The notes under the pieces were generated by a model that saw nothing but the letters and a program-made list of their open reading frames with translations, did no database searches and was not told the DNA's origin. Below, one piece after another: positions 57,826 through 64,000 of a stretch of 64,000 nucleotides of DNA. Source of the stretch: an uncultured Pseudomonadota bacterium (lineage in GTDB: Bacteria; Pseudomonadota; Alphaproteobacteria; Rs-D84); the NCBI GenBank assembly GCA_902774285.1, contig CACYHO010000002.1:27023-91022 (forward strand), written 5' to 3'. Positions within the stretch are counted from its first letter, which is position 1; every line of letters begins with the position of its first letter. Both the position numbers and the translations under genes were made by a program.

Positions 57826-58470
57826 ATGGCGATGACCAAAAATATACTTGTTATTGACGATGATAAAATGTTAAGAACCAGCTTAGCCACTGGGTTGCGT
57901 CACGCTGATTTTAAAGTTATTACATCAGAATCTGCCGAAGAAGCAACAGAAATATTGGCCCGCATAAGCGTTGATGCCATTGTTCTTGATCGCATGATGG
58001 GTGGCATGGATGGACTGACTTTCCTTAAACAAATAAGATTAAATGGCAATTATACACCTGTTATTATGTTAACCGCATTATCTGGTTCTGAAAATGCCAT
58101 TGACGGATTGTCCGGTGGCGCAAACGATTATATGGCAAAACCTTTTCAATTACAGGAATTAATATTAAGATTAAACAATATTATAAAAACAGACCAGCAA
58201 AAATCAGAATCTGGCAATATTTCCTGTGGTTTAATATTTGCTGATGGCGAATTCTTTGTAAAAAGCGATGATGGGCAAAATAAATTATTATCGTTGTCGG
58301 CCGAAGAAAAGAAATTATTACATAACCTGATAAATCCAATTGGCAATATTGTTGCTGCAACGCCAATGGTTGCAAAACGCTTGCGCAATAAAATAAATGG
58401 TGTATTATCAGATATAGATATAATAACAGTTCGTGGAATGGGCTATAAAATTATAAATAAAAAACACTAA
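57826..58470 (+). CDS. OmpR-family response regulator
   Basis: Receiver motifs ILVIDDD, VLDRMMGGMDGL, MLTAL and YMAKPF. The C-terminal winged helix ends in VRGMGYKI. Confidence 0.85.
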   Translation: MAMTKNILVIDDDKMLRTSLATGLRHADFKVITSESAEEATEILARISVDAIVLDRMMGGMDGLTFLKQIRLNGNYTPVIMLTALSGSENAIDGLSGGANDYMAKPFQLQELILRLNNIIKTDQQKSESGNISCGLIFADGEFFVKSDDGQNKLLSLSAEEKKLLHNLINPIGNIVAATPMVAKRLRNKINGVLSDIDIITVRGMGYKIINKKH

Positions 58471-58482
58471 AAGGACATATGG

Positions 58483-59763
58483 ATGAGAATGATACCGCGC
58501 AGCTTCTTAGGCAGAACCATTTTAATGGTGCTGGTTCCGATGATTATCGCATTATTAATTGTTGCAAATTCGTTTTTTGGTAATCATTGGAAAAAAGTTC
58601 ATGCCACTTTGGCGCGTACATTGGCAGGCGAAGTTGCTACAATGATGCATTTTATGGATCAAAACAATAAAGATGCCGTCAACATGTTGGCAAAAGATAT
58701 TGGTATCAATGTTTCCATTAACGATAAACTAAACAGACCAAAAGATAACGACAACGAATCCATGGAAGCAGGACCTCTGGTTTCTGAATTACAAATAAGG
58801 CTAAAACAGCCAACAAATGTGTATATTGATCGTGGTAGACGCCTTTTGTTCATAGACATACCAACAAAAGATGATAAAGTTGCAACATTCGCAACCAGTA
58901 TGTATCGTATATATTCTACCAGCGCAGAAGTATTCTTGTTGTGGGTTATTGGGGCTATATTGATTGTATCTATATTGTTGACACCGTTTGTGGTATTGCA
59001 CACACGCAGCATTCGTCGTATTGCTAAGGCCGCAAACAAATTTGGTCGTGGTATGGATGTCCCCGGGTTTAAGCCAAGCGGATCTTTGGAAATTCGTGAA
59101 GCAGCAAATGCTATGATTACCATGAAAGAACGTCTTAATCGTTATAACAAAACAAGAACAGACATGTTAAATGCGGTTGGACACGATTTGAAAACGCCAC
59201 TTACGCGTATGAGATTGGCCATTGAAACAGATTCTGCAAACAAACAAGATTTGTTACACGAAATCGACCGTATGAGCGAAATGGTCAATGGTTATCTTGC
59301 TTTTGCACGTGGTGAAACCCCAGAAATAGAACAAGCTGTTGAATTGCCAGCTATGTTAACAAGAATTGCACGTGATGCAGCATCAAAGAAGGACATCGTG
59401 TTAAAATTCCCAGAAGACCCTGTCCAATTTTATGCGCGCCCAAATGCTTTGACAAGTGCATTCACAAACATAATTGAAAATGCGGCGCGTTTTACCAAAA
59501 AGACTTTGCGTATTTCTGAAATAGATTCTGAAGATTCTGTTACAGTCATTATCGAAGATGATGGGATTGGTATCCCAGACAACAAAAAAGAAATGGCATT
59601 ACAACCATTCGTCAGATTGGATGAATCACGCAGTGAATCAACCGGTGGGACAGGGCTTGGTTTATCCATTGCTAAAACAGCAATTGAAAATCACGGCGGT
59701 CAAATATTCCTGGAAAACAGCGAACTTGGTGGATTAAAAGTTCGCGTAGTATTACCTTTATAA
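58483..59763 (+). CDS. Sensor histidine kinase, EnvZ-like topology
   Basis: Two TM helices flank a periplasmic loop of about 120 aa. H-box HDLKTPLTRM, N-box NIIENAARF, G-boxes DDGIGI and GGTGLGLSI. Confidence 0.88.
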   Translation: MRMIPRSFLGRTILMVLVPMIIALLIVANSFFGNHWKKVHATLARTLAGEVATMMHFMDQNNKDAVNMLAKDIGINVSINDKLNRPKDNDNESMEAGPLVSELQIRLKQPTNVYIDRGRRLLFIDIPTKDDKVATFATSMYRIYSTSAEVFLLWVIGAILIVSILLTPFVVLHTRSIRRIAKAANKFGRGMDVPGFKPSGSLEIREAANAMITMKERLNRYNKTRTDMLNAVGHDLKTPLTRMRLAIETDSANKQDLLHEIDRMSEMVNGYLAFARGETPEIEQAVELPAMLTRIARDAASKKDIVLKFPEDPVQFYARPNALTSAFTNIIENAARFTKKTLRISEIDSEDSVTVIIEDDGIGIPDNKKEMALQPFVRLDESRSESTGGTGLGLSIAKTAIENHGGQIFLENSELGGLKVRVVLPL

Positions 59764-59778
59764 TAAACGGATTTTATC

Positions 59779-61488
59779 ATGAATTTACACAAATACGTAT
59801 CTGATGCAATAAATAATAAGTTAGGTTTTGAAGCAAAATTAGATGTTCCAAAAAATCGTGATTTTGGTGATTTTTCAACAAATGCTGCTATGGTTGGGGC
59901 AAAGACCGCTGGTAAAAATCCGCGTGAATTAGCTAATGAGTATTTGCCATTGTTAAAAGAACTTGATTTTGTTGCAGATGTTTCTGTTGCTGGTCCTGGT
60001 TTTATCAATATCAAAATCAAAGACGATTTTATTTTACAAAACACAACTGCACCAAAACAAATGTCGGCAGAAAAACCTTTGACCATAGATTTAGATTACG
60101 GCGCATATAATGTCGCAAAATCTTTGCACATTGGACATTTGCGCACATCTATTGTTGGTGATACTTTTAATCGTGTTGCTAAATTCCTGGGACACAAAAC
60201 ATTTTCTTGGAATCACATCGGCGATTGGGGCAAACCGATGGGATTAATTATCGCATGGATTGAACGCTTGCACCCCGAATTACCTTATTTCCAGGATAAT
60301 TTTGATCCAAAAACACCTGTTGATTACGAAATAGACGAAAAAGAATTGAATAATTATTATCCAAGTGCATCAGCATTATCCAAAGAAGATGCTGAATTTC
60401 AGGCACGCGCACAAGAAATCAAAGCAAAATTTCAAGCAGGGCACCCGGGATATTTTGCTTTATACGAAAGATTCTTGGCAATATCTTTGCGCACGATGAA
60501 TAACACCGTCAAAAGATTAAATATTTTACCGTTTGATTATGATTTGGGCGAAAGAAACGCCGCAAAATATTTGGAACCTGTTGAAAAAATCTTGCGCGAA
60601 AAGAATATGATTTTTGAAGACGATGGTGCACAAATAATCAATGTCAAACGCGATACAGACAATGCACCAATTCCACCATATATGTGGCGTGATTCACGTG
60701 GTGCAGACACTTATGATTCCACCGATTTGGCGGCTGTTTATTGTCGTAAATTGACAGATAATCCTGACACAATTATTTATTTCACAGATTTGCGTCAATC
60801 ATTACATTTTGAACAATTATTCCGTGCGGCCGATATGTCTGGAATATATCCATATGATAAATTTGAACATATTGGATATGGGACAATAAACGGTAAAGAT
60901 GGTAAACCATTTAAAACACGTGATGGCAATGCCGCCGGTCTTGACGATATTATTGATATTGCCAACGAAGCAGTTACGGCACGCGTTGCAGAATCAGGTA
61001 AAAAGTTAGACGAAGAAACAATTAAAACCATTGCTTTGGCCGCGGTTAAATTTAATGATTTAATCCACGATGTAAAGTCAGATTATATATTTGAACCATC
61101 TGCAATAACCAGTTTCGAAGGAAAAACAGGTCCATATATATTATACACAGCCGTTCGTTTAAATTCTATTTTAAAACGTGCAAATGCTGATTTTTCAAAA
61201 CCATACGGGTACACATTGACGACAGAAGAACGTAATTTGTTGATTGAAATTATGGATTTTGAAAGAACAATATTGTCTGCATATGAAAATCGTGCGACAG
61301 ATATGATTGCTAATTATGCATACGATTTGTGTCAATTGATAAACAATTTCTATCATAACTGTCCTATCTTGCGTGATGATATTCCAGCAAACATCAAAGC
61401 AGGGCGTTTATATATCGCAAAATTGGCCTTTGATACATTGGCAACAGCGATTGATTTAATGGGCTTAAAGATTCCGAGAGAGATGTAA
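59779..61488 (+). CDS. argS: Arginine--tRNA ligase
   Basis: HIGH-type motif SLHIGHLRTSIVGD, an ArgRS N-terminal domain and a C-terminal DALR anticodon-binding region. 569 aa. Confidence 0.93.
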   Translation: MNLHKYVSDAINNKLGFEAKLDVPKNRDFGDFSTNAAMVGAKTAGKNPRELANEYLPLLKELDFVADVSVAGPGFINIKIKDDFILQNTTAPKQMSAEKPLTIDLDYGAYNVAKSLHIGHLRTSIVGDTFNRVAKFLGHKTFSWNHIGDWGKPMGLIIAWIERLHPELPYFQDNFDPKTPVDYEIDEKELNNYYPSASALSKEDAEFQARAQEIKAKFQAGHPGYFALYERFLAISLRTMNNTVKRLNILPFDYDLGERNAAKYLEPVEKILREKNMIFEDDGAQIINVKRDTDNAPIPPYMWRDSRGADTYDSTDLAAVYCRKLTDNPDTIIYFTDLRQSLHFEQLFRAADMSGIYPYDKFEHIGYGTINGKDGKPFKTRDGNAAGLDDIIDIANEAVTARVAESGKKLDEETIKTIALAAVKFNDLIHDVKSDYIFEPSAITSFEGKTGPYILYTAVRLNSILKRANADFSKPYGYTLTTEERNLLIEIMDFERTILSAYENRATDMIANYAYDLCQLINNFYHNCPILRDDIPANIKAGRLYIAKLAFDTLATAIDLMGLKIPREM

Positions 61489-61508
61489 CGATAAAGGGAT
61501 TAGAAAAT

Positions 61509-62207
61509 ATGAACAACAAACATCTTGAATTATTAAAGACATTATCACCAGAATTTTTTGGTGGAAACAGTGTCCACCTTTTTGTAGATTGGTCAAAGGG
61601 TCCACGTCGTATTGCAATTTTGTATCACTCTCTTGGTTATTATATGAGCAGTGGCAGCAATCCTGTGAATATGCCAGACATAAAATATTTTCCCGGCTTT
61701 CGTTATAGTGTTTTGGATTATATAAATCCTGGATATAACCATTTTTATGAAGATGTTTATGTAAGTCGGTTTTCGTTACCAAAATTGTACAAAAACGTTA
61801 TAACCCAAACACAACCTTTGACACGCAAAGTTAGAATTAAACCAAAACAAAATGTTTCTTTCAAAGAAGCAAATGAACTGCGTCAAAAATTTATTAATAT
61901 ATCAAATATCGACATGTCTAACTTACCAACTCGTGCTGATTGTGAAGAATACACGAACCAATGCTATGAAGCATTAACACAATTGTTAGACAAAGCGGAC
62001 TTGGTTGACAATGGATATGGTCTAAACCCAAAAAAAGGTTCTGTTATATTGGCAGAAGAATTAAATAACTTGTTGTTTAGTCAAGGTATGATACTAAGAC
62101 ACCACAACGCGAATAAATACGCAAGACCATCTATCGAGCAAAAACAAAAAGAAATGAGAAATATTATCTTGCACAAGCAAGCAATGTTCGGTGAACTGCA
62201 AAGATAA
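61509..62207 (+). CDS. Hypothetical protein, paralog A
   Basis: 232-aa ORF. Its C-terminal GSVILAEELNNLLFSQ...KEMRNIILHKQAMFGEL resembles the next ORF. Confidence 0.5.
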   Translation: MNNKHLELLKTLSPEFFGGNSVHLFVDWSKGPRRIAILYHSLGYYMSSGSNPVNMPDIKYFPGFRYSVLDYINPGYNHFYEDVYVSRFSLPKLYKNVITQTQPLTRKVRIKPKQNVSFKEANELRQKFINISNIDMSNLPTRADCEEYTNQCYEALTQLLDKADLVDNGYGLNPKKGSVILAEELNNLLFSQGMILRHHNANKYARPSIEQKQKEMRNIILHKQAMFGELQR

Positions 62208-62222
62208 TCAAAAGGGTTCAAA

Positions 62223-63032
62223 ATGTACGGGCAGGCATATAAACATATAGAATTGTTCAAAAAAATACCTTTTAAACAATTTGCCACAAATGCAGATTTT
62301 ATTGATAATGTCATAACAAATCCCGAACAATACGCCACATATGAAAATATATTAAAAGTATATTATTTCATATCTTCTGAAATGTGGGATTCGTTGAATG
62401 TAAAGCCTTCAATTACAGACGAAACAACAAAAATTTGCTTTTATGATTTTATTCGCAAAAGACCTGACTTTGTAAAAAAATTTAATTCGACCGAACAATT
62501 AAAAAAGAATAAACAGTATATGCGATATAAACCGGTAAAAATGTTTAACGGCGTATTTAATGAACGCGGCGAAAATCGACATTATAAAAGATATCATGGT
62601 CTGGTCGCACAACCCAAATCTAAATCAAAAGAATTAAAGCAAGAAGCTTATAAATGGCGCGATATGTTTATATCTTATGCGTACATCTACAATGGCGACA
62701 TGAAATTTTATAAACAAAATGATTATCTGTTACCAACAGAATGGGCCGAACATCTTTATGAAATTTTAAATAAATTATCCGAACAAGCGGTCTTTTTTTA
62801 TAAACAGCGTGGATCCATGATATTGACACAAGAAATGGTCAACCTTTTAAGCAATCAATTTTTATTTGTGTGTTCTAACTATCGGATAAACAACTGTAAA
62901 GAAAATCGTCAAAAAGTTATGCGTCAAATACGCGCAAAAAAGCAATTTATGTTTAGCGAATTAAAACACGACGATGTTCATTTCCAAGCAGTCAAAGCAA
63001 TGTGGTCGCAAAAGACAAACAATTTACGGTAA
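62223..63032 (+). CDS. Hypothetical protein, paralog B
   Basis: 269-aa ORF. Its C-terminal GSMILTQEMVNLLSNQ...KVMRQIRAKKQFMFSEL aligns by eye with the preceding ORF. Confidence 0.5.
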   Translation: MYGQAYKHIELFKKIPFKQFATNADFIDNVITNPEQYATYENILKVYYFISSEMWDSLNVKPSITDETTKICFYDFIRKRPDFVKKFNSTEQLKKNKQYMRYKPVKMFNGVFNERGENRHYKRYHGLVAQPKSKSKELKQEAYKWRDMFISYAYIYNGDMKFYKQNDYLLPTEWAEHLYEILNKLSEQAVFFYKQRGSMILTQEMVNLLSNQFLFVCSNYRINNCKENRQKVMRQIRAKKQFMFSELKHDDVHFQAVKAMWSQKTNNLR

Positions 63033-63054
63033 TATAATACCATATAGATTTTTC

Positions 63055-63083
63055 TTGACTTTTATGCGGGTTTGATACATAAT
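63055..63083 (+). promoter_or_regulatory. Sigma70-like promoter TTGACT-17-CATAAT for rplM-rpsI
   Basis: TTGACT at 63055-63060, a 17-nt spacer, then CATAAT at 63078-63083. These are the same hexamers and spacing as upstream of rpsP. Confidence 0.5.
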
Positions 63084-63122
63084 AAGCCCGCTATTTTAAA
63101 CAAACACTAAAAGGTAGAAACA

Positions 63123-63596
63123 ATGGCACAAACAAAATCATTGAAAAAATGCGAATTAGAAGCCAAATGGTATCTGATTGACGCAACAAACTGCACATTG
63201 GGTCGTTTGGCTGCTTTCACAGCAAACATCTTGCGCGGTAAAAACAAACCAACATGGACACCAAATATGGATTGTGGCGATCATGTTATCATTATTAACG
63301 CTGACAAAGTTGCTTTGACTGGTCATAAAGCTGAAAAAACAAAATTCTTTTGGCATTCACTTTGGACAGGCAGCACCAAAGAAAGAACTTTGGGTCAAAT
63401 GCGTTCTGAAAAACCAGAAAAATTGATTACAAACGCAGTAAAACGTATGATGGGCCGTCGCACAGCTGTTGCATTGGCTAACAAACGTTTAACAAAATTG
63501 CACGTTTATGCAGGCGCAGAACACAAACACGCTGCACAAAACCCAATCGTTATTGATTTTGCATCGTTGAATCGTAAAAACAAAAGGGGCGAATAA
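63123..63596 (+). CDS. rplM: 50S ribosomal protein L13
   Basis: [16 protein letters not shown] and [11 protein letters not shown] motifs. Confidence 0.96.
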   Translation: MAQTKSLKKCELEAKWYLIDATNCTLGRLAAFTANILRGKNKPTWTPNMDCGDHVIIINADKVALTGHKAEKTKFFWHSLWTGSTKERTLGQMRSEKPEKLITNAVKRMMGRRTAVALANKRLTKLHVYAGAEHKHAAQNPIVIDFASLNRKNKRGE

Positions 63597-64000
63597 TGAC
63601 AGAAACAAAGAAAACAACAGCAACTAAAACTGCTGCAAAGAAAGCAGCCCCTGCAAAAAAGGCAACTGCTGAAAAAGCAACAAAAACAACAGTAAAAGCA
63701 GCACCAAAAGCTGCTGCATCTGCAAAATTATCTGGTGCAATTTATGCAACTGGCAAAAGAAAAGATTCTGTTGCACGTGTTTATTTAACACCAGGTAAGG
63801 GCAACATCACAATCAACGGCGAAGAAATGAAAAAATATTTCAAACGTCCTGTGTTGCAAATGATCTTGGTTCAACCATTTGATGTAACTAAACGCGATGG
63901 CGCATATGACGTTGTTGCTATGGTTATGGGTGGCGGTTTATCAGGCCAGGCTGGCGCCGTTAAACACGGTATTTCCAAAGCTTTGGAAAAAGCAGAACCA
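63596..64000 (+). CDS. rpsI: 30S ribosomal protein S9, C-terminus cut by the window edge, with a Lys/Ala/Thr-rich N-terminal extension
   Basis: This ORF is not in the supplied track. The ATG overlaps the rplM TAA by 1 nt. My translation gives [22 protein letters not shown]...[26 protein letters not shown]...[19 protein letters not shown], which is canonical S9. Confidence 0.9.
   Translation, partial: MTETKKTTATKTAAKKAAPAKKATAEKATKTTVKAAPKAAASAKLSGAIYATGKRKDSVARVYLTPGKGNITINGEEMKKYFKRPVLQMILVQPFDVTKRDGAYDVVAMVMGGGLSGQAGAVKHGISKALEKAEP

Overview
The window is visibly AT-rich bacterial chromosome with dense coding. Most of it is core housekeeping genes. Gene order looks alphaproteobacterial: rpsP-rimM-trmD-rplS, ruvB-ybgC-tolQ-tolR-tolA, and a DUF2155 gene. 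That taxonomic placement is inference from synteny only. Recognisable genes are recN, xseA, tsaD, rplS, trmD, rimM, rpsP, tRNA-Gly(CCC), pfkA, dnaK, rplY, rsmD, tadA, gpmI, rsmH, dnaE, secA, RNase P RNA, tolQRA, ybgC, ruvB, an OmpR/EnvZ-type two-component pair, argS, rplM and rpsI. The outstanding feature is about 21 kb of minus strand (31093-52165) encoding one mosaic giant secreted protein of roughly 7,000 codons. It is built from Listeria-Bacteroides (Flg_new) repeats, BspA-type leucine-rich repeats, Cys-rich CxxCP modules and an unassigned FYVDCG domain. In this assembly the gene is split into three ORFs. One break is a perfect 88-bp tandem duplication (39631-39806) that creates a TAA at its junction. 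The other two are small frame breaks near 34872 and 34644-34680. The gene also carries near-identical internal cassettes of about 1.74 kb, 0.6 kb and 0.47 kb. Secondary items include a secreted Cys-rich 816-aa protein transcribed after dnaE-rsmH. There is also a 24-nt duplicate of the tRNA-Gly 3' end near an HNH nuclease gene, and two extra small ORFs inside the rimM-trmD operon. Others are a compositionally odd small ORF beside rnpB and an alpha/beta hydrolase that lacks its nucleophile serine. No CRISPR array, rRNA, transposase or integrase was seen.
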